A stretch of 64,000 nt of DNA from Raillietiella orientalis (lineage: Eukaryota), in assembly GCA_036172245.1 (NCBI GenBank), contig JAYWIR010000010.1, forward strand, positions 4,650,001-4,714,000. Reading direction: 5' to 3'. The notes under the pieces were generated by a model. It was not told the DNA's origin, did no database searches, and saw nothing but the letters and a program-made list of their open reading frames with translations. The translations under genes and the position numbers were made by a program. Below, in pieces: positions 1 to 11,393 of the stretch (positions within the stretch are counted from its first letter, which is position 1; every line of letters starts with the position of its first letter).

Positions 1-3000
1 TTGGGGGGTCGCTGAGTACTTCAAGAACCAGCGTCCCATGCAGCTCCTTGAGACTGTTCCCCACCCCACCCGAGGGTACATGTGTTAATTCTTCAAGATA
101 CCGGGAGGGGACCCTCAACCGAGAGGTTTTCCCTTTTCGAAACCCTCAATCGTCGGAGGCAACCTCCTTGCGCAAAGGAGGTTGTCTCCGACAAGAACCC
201 GGAAGAGAATCCTCCCCTTCTTTATTCTCTCCGGAGGGACTCCCGAAGGGATCCGCTCCATGTTTTTTTCTTCTCCGAAGGGAACCCGAAAGGGAACCGC
301 TCCTGTTTACTCCTCTGAAGGGAACCACGAAGGGACGCTTCCGAAATTCAGAAGGGCTCTTCCTCGAAGAAAGCGACACGCTTCTCTGGAACTCTAGAGA
401 TGGTGACACACCTACTCTACGGAGGGTCCCTCCCAAAGGGGAGTCCGCTCCTATGCACAACCGGAGGGGAACTCCCACTCCTTGATTCCTAAAAGGGACC
501 CGGAGGTCGACCGCCGTTGCGGGACCTCGTCGGGGGCATACAGTTTCACCCGCTACTGGACGTCGCCTCCGAAATCGGGTCGAACAGCGTTATCTCGCGA
601 GTCTCCGACTCGAACCCCCGACGCGCACAAACTCTTTGCGTCGATTCCTGCCGAGCATCCGAACTCGCAATTCCAGGTGCCACACGCGGAGGCCGTAATA
701 ACCACATGGCCTCCGACGAGGGCCATGGATATTTCTAGCTTTTGATGTTTTACTGAATTGCTTCTCCTCAGTCTGCATCGGAAGTCTTGTTAAACCTGTG
801 GACCACCCATAGAGAATTTGGGTATTATCCAATCCTACCACTAGTTGTTTTTCACAAAGAAACACGAGTGCATTTTGACTTTAAAATATTGTAACTTTTG
901 TGCTTTGTAACCTTTATCCTTCTTTACCAGTATGACTTTCCAAATACCACTCGTGGTACTAAAGAAAATACTTTCTTAATTATTTCCACACGTTTGAAGC
1001 TTTCTTTTGTCGGACTCAGTCCAAAGGGTGAATTTACTCGGTTTTCTTAGGCATCGATGTTTAATTATCGTCTTTCACTGTGCTATCTGTTTTAAGGAAA
1101 GTTTCCTTTAGGGAAACTCTTTGTTGCTGTTGTAACAAAAAGATGTTTATTTCGAGTGCACTTTAGCAAATAGTTTTTAAGTACGCATTATAGACATTTT
1201 TATTATAAATTTATTCAGTTCGATGCTTCTTTATTATTGCTGTCGATTTAAATTTGGATTACAATTAATCTAAATAAATGTACAAGGTACGTATAACCAC
1301 TAAACCAGTCTTATTTCCAAATAAGGAAATAAAGGACTGTTAAATGTAGTATAGAACCAGTGTGAAATAGATGAGAGAATAGTTATTTTCTTAAAACTTA
1401 TTAAAACTTAAACTCTCACAATGAAATCGACTCCAACGAAACACGAATTGTATACATAATTTTTTTTAAACTAAAGGCATCTTTCTGTATTAACATTTTA
1501 TAGTGATTACCGATACAAAAAGTAATGGTGATAATGCGGTTGCATTTAAAATAAATTTCAGGGTCACAGGTTCAGAGGTGATCATTTAAATAAATGACTG
1601 TATGTATAAAAGCTTCTAAAGAAATGAGAATATTCCATTTTAAAAATAGATTTCCTCAAAGTGACAATCATTCACCAGCGATTGCAAAGTAATCAATAAC
1701 TGTAAGGCAATTCTCGCACACAGTTTCTATACTTATTGAATCAGTAAATCATATCACACATCACTATTTCGATTTTTGTCTTGGCTACATATTTTCGGAT
1801 ACATTACACAACTGACAATTTCTTACCCTTTCTTTAACGGCTAAACTGTCATCACTGATAAATTTTAATCAAACCGAAACACACCGTCCAAGTGAATTTC
1901 GATAAACTGATTAATACTTAATGTAGCTGAAGCACTGTTAGACAGACACGAAGCACGACACACAAAACCATAACACAAAACGAATGAGATCAATGGACAT
2001 TCAATGTCAAGTCTTTGATGAGCTTTGCGACAGCGGAAACGATAAGCATTCCAATAGTTACGGAAAGATAGCATTTGTTTAATGAGGAAGAATTTTTTGA
2101 CTGAGAATCACTTTGGTACGCATAATTATGTATATTTAAAGTTGGCGCATATAAGGAATGCTAATCTAAATGATAATAAATTTTAGATTTACAATCTTAG
2201 GCCGTGTACTATCAACAGGTACCTGAAACTGCGACTAACACCATGTACATCTACAACAGTAGAGGGTTCTGCTAATCACAGTGGAGTAGAAGCAAACATT
2301 CAGTCATGCACAGGCCTTTGCATATTTTAATCCCAAAAAACGTTTGCAAAAGTACTGAACACTGTTAAAAACTCGATTCAGTGAAATATACTTCCGAAAC
2401 CCGAACTTTTATACACTTATAACAAAATTCCATCTTCTGGAAACCTATAAGTATAATATACACATAATCCAAGTACTATCGAGTTACTTTCAGTCACACA
2501 GATGGAAAAGATACAAACCCTGCTATAGTGAACTACACTAGTATTAATGGGCATGCCTAATAATTAGAATTGTAATGATGTAGTGTTAATTTTTCAAAGA
2601 CATATCAACAACATATCCTACAAGGATGAAAGTGATTGTCTCATTTCTTATCACTCTATTTATACACAACAACAATCATTCAGTGCAGTTTCCTGTCATA
2701 TAGCTTCAGCATCCTCCCATGGTTGAACTCGTGTCCAGCAGTAATTTCCAGAAATGAGTAACACCTCTACCTCCACTCAAATAACAAGAAAAAAACTTTA
2801 AACTCTACCTGTTCCAAAATTACAAATGAAAACAAGTTTCTTACCTAACAGAATTGTAAGTCAAATACAAATCAACTCCTCATTCTCAACAAAACTCAGT
2901 AAAATATTTTCACAGTGATCAAAAAATAAAAGATTAGAATCTCAAAACATACAATCTCAAAACAAGCACAAAAAATAATAATTTAAAAAAAGGCCAAAAG

Positions 3001-3163
3001 TATCTAATCCAAAGATTTAAACAACTAAAAATCACACTCTAAATACTTTAAGTAACAATGAAATATGAAACTCTACTTCACAGCAAAGGCAATCTGTCAT
3101 CATACCTGCCAACATGAAATGAAAGAACATTCCACCATATTAATGGCAAAACAATATCCATAT

Positions 3164-3313
3164 ATTCACGAAACAAAACGCCATCTCATATCCACTACTT
3201 GTGGCCACGTTTTCTGCAACACTTGTTTAGAAATTGCTGAAAAATCCCAGCACTGCTGCCCAATATGCCGCAAAAGTATCACGTCCCAACAAATGCACCG
3301 AATTTGGATATGA
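3164..3313 (+). pseudogene. Isolated last exon of the RNF4-like gene (duplicate copy without recognisable upstream exons)
   Basis: IHETKRHLISTTCGHVFCNTC...CPICRK..HRIWI* matches exon 3 of the gene at 17006-17632; the first RING CxxC and the AG acceptor are missing. Confidence 0.75.
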
Positions 3314-3374
3314 CACAAACAATGCATAAATAAAAGGTCCTTGTTTTTCATTCAAGAATGATGCTGTGGGTGCA

Positions 3375-4986
3375 TCACAATGCTTTTCTGTGATATTCCG
3401 GAGATGCTGTGCCATACTGGTCCAGACTGAATAACGAGTCTGCATTCTTCTGCATGTACCTACAAGCACATCAACAACAATCCAAACAGGATACGCACCT
3501 CAGAAAGTCCTGGATGTGCGACTGCAGCAACTGAATGCTCTTTTCATCCAGCGTGGTATATGCCAGAATGCCTCCCAAGCGCACTACGTAATTGGCAACA
3601 AGATGAGTGTACCCCAACAACAACTTACCAAACATGCGTAATAAATGGATTGGACCATACAACTGAACAATGGGTGTGTCAGCATGGGCCCTCAGGATCT
3701 ACTTACAGCCAACAGTATGGTACATTCCATCACAATGCTTTCATACTCACTTCACCATACTGGGGACGTTCAAACTTATACAGCAGCTGAGTACCCAGTA
3801 AAACTCCAAAGTACTCTTTCAAACCAGCACACACCTCCAGCATTGTACTCTCCCTGTGAGAGAAGTTCATACCTTTTGCTACAGTAAGTCAGTTTACTTC
3901 TCTGGAGCATTTGTTTTAGAGCTTTTTTGCTCTGATGTAATTGTCAACAACTTGCTCAGCAGATATTTTAGCCGGGAGAATATACAACTAACATTTTTTT
4001 GTGTTTTTTTTTTTTTTTTTCCCACTTACAATAACAGCTAAGTGTTAAGGAATCAATACTTGCTTTTTTCTGCCTGTTGATCAAATCCCAGTCATCCACA
4101 ATGTAAGGTTTCAGCTCATCCGATATCTTAATTTTGATTTCCACTCTGGTTGCATACTGATCTTGCTACAAAGAGCAGTGCAAGACACACTGCTGCTTTC
4201 TCTTTGCTTACAGATTCCACTGTGGGATCAAGCTTAAGTTTCTTCTTTTTGATGCCTTCGCCATCCTGAGCATTTTGTGAACCTGAGGCCACTTGCGCAA
4301 AGGAGGCAGCGGGACTGCTAACGCGACTTTTTGGTGTCTTCTCATTGGGAGGTGATGACACTTGATGATCAGTCTCCTTGTGCTCCTTCAGCACCTCCTT
4401 ATCCTTGAACTTGCGATTCGCTGCTTTCAGTGCTTTTTTGGATTTCCTTTAGTAAAGAGACACGGGTGCTTACTGCACATGCATGCTTCCATCGTACACA
4501 TTTTGCTTTCATACATCATACGCATTTTACATTCAGAAAACAGATTTGACAGCTCATAGGATTGACGGACACAGGACTCGCTTCGCCCATGCAGAGCATT
4601 CACGCAGCACAAAAACACACACACATGCAACACTACTTACACTTGTGCCTCGTGGGCTTTCAGCAGATCCTTTTGCTTTTGCAAGTTCGATTCGTTGTGC
4701 TTCAGGATTCGTGTTTCCGGTACCCATTCATCCCAGCTAAAACAGTTTTCACACGCAATCACACGGTGATCCACATCCACTCGCACAAACCGCCTACTTC
4801 TTGTTCCACCCAGCATAATGAACAAAATATTTCGGTTGCTTGTCCTTCAGCATCGTTTTCAAACATTTGGCTTCATAAATCAGGGGTCCATGAAAGCATA
4901 GCACTTTTTCGCCTAAAACCTCTCCCTGTCAAAACGAAAACTCAAACTTTGCAATTACCTTCGAGAAACTTGAATTTGGGAGACAT
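3375..4986 (-). pseudogene. MRG15: Second copy of MRG15/MORF4L1 with a frameshift (or a falsely duplicated copy)
   Basis: Same exon structure as 15332-16944, but near 3920-3935 it reads tac atc aga gca aaa aag ctc taa instead of tac atc aaa caa aag aaa agc tct (net -2 nt). Confidence 0.8.
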
Positions 4987-5290
4987 GACTTTCACTTTGC
5001 CGATTTTCCAGGGCCTGCGATCTCTTCTCAAACGAGGCACATCCTCAGCTCGCAAAAACTTCCCATGTGAATTCCGGAAGGAAAACCACACCGGTAAATA
5101 AGTGGTGACGGGTAGGCAGAGCGCGGCACGGCAGATCGTGTACCAACGGGATGGAGCAGATTCTCGGAATCAAAGCAGCACTAACAAAAGCATTACTTGA
5201 CACAAACGCACTTGCCGTGCACGCAACCGTTTCTACTAACAGGCGAGCATTTCCAGTCCGCAGAGCCGATATGGAAATTTCTGCACCTTT

Positions 5291-6088
5291 TCACTCCACC
5301 ACGACTTCCATGTTCGCAATAGTCAAGTAGTTTACTGCGAATTCACACATGGGCGCGGAAACCCTGCACGATTCGAAAACTTGCACCGTTGCAGGAAGAA
5401 AAATCAAACTCGCACGGCAATCCACATTCCATGGACCGCCGTCCTGTTTTCCATTTCCGCCTCCCCACCCCAACGATGCTTCCCGAAAAGCAAAACCGCC
5501 GGGAGCCCCCCGGTTCGGGACGCACGAATTCCCGGTACCACGGGGCCGTGGAAAGCCTCGGTCCCGCACCATCCTCCACCCTCTCACCATCGCGACCGGA
5601 CCCTTCCGCTCGCGTCCCTACCCGCCTTCCGTCCCCAACTTAACACGAGCCCATTTACCCTACTTACTGCTTTTCAGTCGAAAGTCCTGGAACTGCGCCA
5701 TCGGATCGGCAGCCATTCGGCAGGATTCGTGAGGAATCTCGAATCGTAGCAACGTTCCCGGCTCAAGAGGCTTCCTCCGTCAGTGGGACGGTTACGGAAA
5801 AGAATACTTTCTTCAGGGGAACCTAATGGCAACGTGTTCAAACACAACCCTTGTGCCAATACTGACAAGATCGGGTCCAGTCCCGTGTGAACGCACACGT
5901 TTGCCCGTGTCAGCGAAGACTCCGACCGTGAAGATTGTCACGTGCGATGCCTCGGAAACCTCGGCGTCATCATCATCGATAATCCGTTTTCACCCAGCCC
6001 CTCTCCTCCTCCGTCCTCTCCCCCTTCAAACATTCAAGCGTTCTACTGATTGCTGCCAAAGAAACTTCTCCCAAAGCAACGAAAGCAG
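5291..6088 (-). CDS. Putative 3' exons of an unidentified spliced gene upstream of MRG15 (needs two 1-nt frameshift corrections)
   Basis: Exons 6088-5897, 5822-5668 and 5334-5291 have GT-AG boundaries and give [128 protein letters not shown]. Confidence 0.4.
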
Positions 6089-6255
6089 CTAGAAAGACGT
6101 GAATATCTCGCAATATCACACAATGGGATGATGAACAAATGGTTCACATACCGCGTCTTTTTTGATTCTCTATCGCGACTTGCTACCGCCCTTAACGTCC
6201 AAATTCTGCAGTCGCTTTCAAAAGAAAAGAGCAGACGTGGTTCTCTGTCCATTTT

Positions 6256-6731
6256 AATAACATCAGAAGGTTGCGCATTACTGGACAAAGACTTCTCATC
6301 CGTCAGCTTTTGCAGCGGATACTTGCCAAGGCTGCCCCAATTTACTCCCATTCCAATAGGGAGGTCATGTCTTCTTCCATACCCCATAACCCTTTCCAAC
6401 TTTCCATGGCCTTTATCGCCAAAGCATATATTGCCAGCATTTATCGTTACTTTACCCAGCATTTTGATGCTGTCTGGATAATCCCGAACCAGCCTTGGAT
6501 CGCCTGCAACCTACCGTAAAAACCTCTTTATGAACCTCTTCTAGTATATAAGGTATTGCTTCTTCTACTTCCTCTGAATTCAAAGCAATCCTTACCAGCT
6601 AGGATGACGCTCGAGCTGCTTCTACTACTTCTGCAAACGCTGCTTTTTATGGTACTCGAATCCGCATGTACACCAACTGCCATAGATCGAACACCTACAG
6701 GATTTCTTTCCTTTCTTACTTGTCCAACTTC
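6256..6731 (-). pseudogene. ispG: Decayed N-terminal fragment of bacterial IspG (HMB-PP synthase, GcpE), Wolbachia/Anaplasmataceae type
   Basis: Colinear blocks across frames: [128 protein letters not shown]. These match the IspG motifs NPxxVQSM, SELVRIA, KIRINPGN and RIGVNWGSLD. In-frame TAG at 6599-6601 plus frameshifts. Confidence 0.88.
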
Positions 6732-8409
6732 AAAGTAAATGACTGGGAACTTCGAAATTGTCAACTGGCATTTCGCAAGCGAGATCTCCCTTGTTGCTCA
6801 TCACGTGAGCATCTTGACGGCTTGATCGAATCTAATTTCTCGGAAGCTTTCCAAATACTTTGCACTATGATTTGTAACATATTTTATGATTTGGAGTTGA
6901 CCTCTTTTTTTTTCCCCCACCCCCCCGCATCTTGTGCATTGGAGCTCCGATGACCACGAAGATCCGATGCACAAGTCTTTCTTAAGGAACGTTTAGCATC
7001 AGGAAACAGACCTTTGCGATATTCGCTGCATGGAGAAAACGTGGTGCTTTCCAAATCATGGCTGGTGCCTGAAAGGCTGTGACTGATTCCAAGACCTGAA
7101 AGCGTGTCTGGTCTGGAGGGATGGCACACAAGTATGCCTTCAAAACATGAGCATGAGCATGCTCTTATTCACAGCTCTGCTCCCCGGAAAAGAATCCAAA
7201 CACCTTGAATGCAGATCTCATCTCACTGTACAGCTCGACTTTTCCTTGTGCTCATCTGACCCGAGTGGTTGGAACAGGCCCGTTGGTTATGAGACCGCGA
7301 GTTTCATGCGTTAATCTGAAGGAGAGAGAAAAAAAAAAAATGAAAATACTGTTGTTTAGGTTTTCAATGAAGAAATTTCTGCATATTGCTGATGCTTGAC
7401 ATTTGTGTCTATGGAAATGTTCATCTCAACGTCATAGGGTTAGGTTTGGCGGACTGTTCAAGAAAATGTTTCTGTTGATACTCGTGCTGTCTTTCCTAAG
7501 AATCCCTGAGATTGCTTTGCTTCTAAAAGTTTCTTATATTATTTTAATGAAGTATGTTTTTCGGTCTTACCTCGATCTTAAAATTGCAGTATGTGTTCTC
7601 TTTCTTTTATGTGATTTCAAGCATTTCGTATTTATAGTCATGTGCTTCATTCTCATTTTAAGGCTTTGGACTCTTCATTTTTCTTATGTCAGTTATTGTA
7701 CAGAATTGCTGATTATGTTCTGAAGTTTCACTCAGGAAGTTTCACTCACTGCATTTTTTTGTGTGTGTGTGTAATTGTATTTGGATGTTGGTGTTTTTTT
7801 CTTGATGTTTGATATTTTGTTTTTTCGAATTGTGTCGAAGAGTGCTGAATTGCAGCTGGTTTTGTTCGGTGTGCTTTGTAAATACTTGCCGTACCCGAAG
7901 CTTTTGCTGTAGACGGAAAATCTTTGGAAAGGCTGCTTAGTAAACATCTGCTCCTTGGAATTTTGGCGAATACCTGTTCTGTTTTCGTTAGGGAATCGAC
8001 ATATTTCTCTAGGTATTTGGCAATTTTTGTCTAGTTCGGGCTTTTTCATGTAATCTTTGAACGCAAAATTGGAAGTTAAATTATGAAATTGTGTATTAGT
8101 GCTTTGAATAAAGTTACGCTGAAACATTAGTTTGTTTCTTATTCGATAAGCAAAGGGCTTACTCGGAGCTTATTGCTTGCTCATAATTTTCTTTTTAATG
8201 AAATTTTTTGTATTAATTGAATTCATATTTTACTCAATTTTAATAAGCATTTGTTCAAATCTAAAGTATTAATTTAATAATTCTAATTTTCTATGCAAAT
8301 GAAGAACATGCAGTGCAACATGTTGCTGTTTGGAAATATTGAAGTATTTTTAGGAATTGTATTCAGTAACGGTGCAAGTTATTAGAAACGATTTGTGCAC
8401 AATTCGCAA

Positions 8410-9142
8410 ATGTCCATGGTATATATATTTATTTCGAATTTTTCTAAATACATAAATAAGAAATCCGTTTTTCACCCTTATTTTGTTTTTTAGGGATATT
8501 AAAATTCGTTAAAATCCTGAGTTTTTTAAAAGGTATATGGCTTTGTGGATGACCGCTTTCTTTTTAATGTTTGTGATCTCCCAATCTTCCTGTGTACACA
8601 GATTGTGCTTATTACATTTTTCATTTCTTGATTGTTGTTTTGGAAAATAATCTACTCTATTACTCATAAAAAACTTTGAGGTGTAATTAGAAGTATAGAT
8701 TATCCATTCGAAGCTTGAAAATTATCAAGTGGCGAATAAATAGTAATCAGTAATTGGATTTGTGGCAGAGGATTTTAATTCAGTGCCTGATTTGAAAGAA
8801 ATTGGCATATATCTGTAACCACGAGTAAGCGCTTGGTACCGTGGAGCGCTGTTTAACCTATAGCATCCAATTCTTCAACGAGTTTTGGGTATCAGATACG
8901 CTGCTGATGCAAGCGGATATATAGATGTGCACTTCGTTCTCTCCTACGTGCTTTGATTGTGTGTGTATTGTGATGAGAATTTGATGTTGTTCTTACGTGA
9001 TTCATTTCCAGATGATGCTTATAGTAGTGTAATCAGAAATCGTAAATGTTTCAAAATCCAGGCAACCATTCCGTCCTTGTACATGATTGTTTATTCTACT
9101 GAAGGGAATCGAAATTCTCATCATGAACGAAATCATGGATAG
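8410..9142 (+). other. Possible 3' exons of an unidentified gene
   Basis: Run of acceptor/donor-like sites spaced like short introns (ttttttag, tacacag, gtggcag...gtaagc, ctatag, tttccag) with short open segments (EDFNSVPDLKEIG, HPILQRVLGIRYAADASGYID). I could not build a consistent frame. Confidence 0.25.
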
Positions 9143-9212
9143 TTTTTGACAACTGAAAACTATCTGTGAGAGTATGTGAAAACTTATTTGTATAACACGT
9201 ATTGCATCGAGA

Positions 9213-9991
9213 ATGTTTCAACCCAATTATTTCACGGAACTTCTGTGTACCTACATCAAGAGATGGCCTATTTTGGAGCAGTTTCGACATCATAACGAAA
9301 GACACTTAGTATGGAAACGTAAACCGCGATGGCTTCCCCCAGCAAAATCAAAAATGTTTGTTGTGCAAAAACTACCATCATTGGATCCTATTGAAGAACA
9401 AGAACTTAAGCTGTTGTATAACCATTACAAGACCACACTGAAGTCGATTCGGTAAGCATGCACAGAAGGTTACTATCACAAATTGTTAGAGCTTATTGGC
9501 ATGAGGAATTTTTGAAACAAATGGAAAAAGGGGAAACATCCATACAAAAGGCAAAAGAAGAAGAAGAACATTTAAGACTCATGGAAGAAAATAGAAAAGA
9601 AAATGAACGACTTGCTCTCCTAAGAAAAGAACGTTTGATGCAAGAATTTGACATGGAACTTCAGACAGTCCTGCAGGTAAAACAATATCCTTTATTTGCA
9701 TATTCTAGGATTACATAGCATGTGGAGCAAAAAGAAGAAGAAATTCGTAAGGAAAAATTGCAAGGAAAACAAGAACTGCTGAAGATGAAGGTGAGAAAAA
9801 AATTTATTTTGTACTCTATTTTGTGGCAATAGGTAATAGCCCAACAGTATATCAAACCAGAGCAGTTAGACCAGACAATACTGCATGCAATGGAGAACCC
9901 AGTTGATTATAACTCTTGCATAGATATAGATGGGCATGTGTACCAGGGTAGGTACACACATTCCCACATGCTAGAGACATCCAAAGAATGA
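9213..9991 (+). CDS. MRPS26: Mitochondrial ribosomal protein S26 (mS26), 4 exons, 218 aa
   Basis: Exons 9213-9451, 9490-9676, 9719-9790, 9833-9991 with GT-AG introns in phase. Motifs RKPRWLPPAKSKMF, a charged coiled coil, and ENPVDYNSCIDIDG. Confidence 0.9.
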
Positions 9992-9999
9992 ATACAAAA

Positions 10000-11393
10000 T
10001 TATTTATTTTTATGCTGCCTCTGCTGAGCTTGCTGTAACAAAGTATCAAAATCAGGAGTTTTCTGAGAAAGATGACATTGTGGGGCATCTGCACAATCAT
10101 ACATAAATGATTAATACACCAGGCATTATTCTCACCAAGGTCAGCATACTTTCGCTGTTGCCGATTGTGACTGTGTTGCACATGCTGAAAAATGGAATTC
10201 TGGAAAGCAGGCAGCTGCTGGCCCATTTTCACAGCCTGGCAAGCATCATCTTGATGCAAAAATGTTACTAGGCCTACATTTTCCCTGTAGATATTATAAG
10301 TAGCATCATACAAATAGTTTGATACTACCATTGCTTTCCATGATGTAGGCTAACATCTGAAATGGGGCCGAACTTTAAAAATGCATGTTTCAGTTCTTCT
10401 AAGGTTAAGTTTGGAGGAATATTACTAATGGAAATCGCATGTTGCTTGTCTTTCCATTGCTTCCTGTTCACAGAATAAGAATCATAAGGGCTGATGGCAT
10501 GCCCACCAGGTGTCACTTGGCAGCACCTAGATAGTCACTTTCGAAAATGAGGAACAGCTAATGTAAAAAACCTCACTTGATTGGGTTTCTTTTTCTACAT
10601 TGCAACTGACTCAAATTTAAACATGCCATGCTGGATTTCAACAAAGTAGATCTTAACACACTTTCTTGTTCCTTCACAACAGGATGAGAACAGTAATCAT
10701 GATCATGTTTGACAGCTGCCAATATATGGACTTTACTGTAAGAATGTGTAGTAGTAGCACTTGCAGCACATTCATATTTAGTAGGAATATCACAGACTGT
10801 AGGATTAACCTCTGTTAACACATCCTTTGATGCATTCTTGATTTTTGAGTTACTCCACATGGAGTTAAATGAAACCAAGGCTGCAGAAAAATAAAATTCA
10901 CTTGTAATCTCAACCCACCATTTTCTGTAGCCTCAAACTGTTCCAAAAGGCTATTTTCATCTGCTGCTTCCAGAACAGCTTTGTATGGGGATCCCAAGAG
11001 ATCTTGTTTTACAGCTGAATCATTATTCTCTAACAGATCATCTGGCAACAGTTCTGATAGCTCTTGTGCATCATAAGACTCATCAAAGTTAGGGAATGGG
11101 CCGAAAATATCCAGTGATGGAAAAAGTAGCTAATTTGCAAATTTATTTAAATAGACAAAATTAGAATAAAGTCAATAATCTCAATTTTTACAATGCTTCC
11201 ATGCACTCTTAATTAGTGAATCTATTTGAAACATTTAATACTTCACTGCAGTTATTTGATCAAATAAAAAAACAATAAAACAGATTTGTTAACAAATATT
11301 TTTGTTTATCAATTTTCCTTTTAACATGGACATAAAAGCTTTTATCACAACCTGAAGCAATTCATTCTTTTCTGAACAACCATCACAATCCAT
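10000..11393 (-). CDS. PGC-1 family coactivator (spargel/PPRC1-like), 6 exons, ~330 aa
   Basis: Exons 11393-11352, 11129-10919, 10880-10577, 10526-10329, 10284-10136, 10088-10000 join in phase (993 nt). Contains ENSLLEQFE, the HCF-binding HDHDYC, an RRM (ISISNIPPNLTLEELKHAFLKFGPI), KYADLD and C-terminal DFDTLLQQAQ. Confidence 0.85.

Larger units (their letters stand above)
3164..5712. repeat. Left arm of a ~2.55 kb near-identical inverted duplication (partner 14606-17155)
   Basis: Identical ORF translations on opposite strands (e.g. 4562..5101+ = 15217..15756-). Boundaries read directly: attcacg at 3164 vs cgtgaat ending 17155; tcggatcggcag ending 5712 vs ctgccgatccga at 14606. Confidence 0.97.

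Noticed and set aside
48..745. ORFs of 70-145 aa at the window start
   Set aside because: No recognisable motifs; long ORFs are expected by chance at this GC content, and the segment may be mis-oriented.
3065..3313. 82-aa standalone RING protein
   Set aside because: The N-terminal 33 residues come from garbled sequence and the first CxxC is missing; only the duplicated last exon is real.
6043..6462. Sphingomyelinase D-like reading of this ORF
   Set aside because: Only superficial similarity; the colinear IspG motifs explain it far better.
7403..8127. Hydrophobic 106-aa and N/K-rich 131-aa ORFs
   Set aside because: By-products of the T-rich skew; no domain signal.
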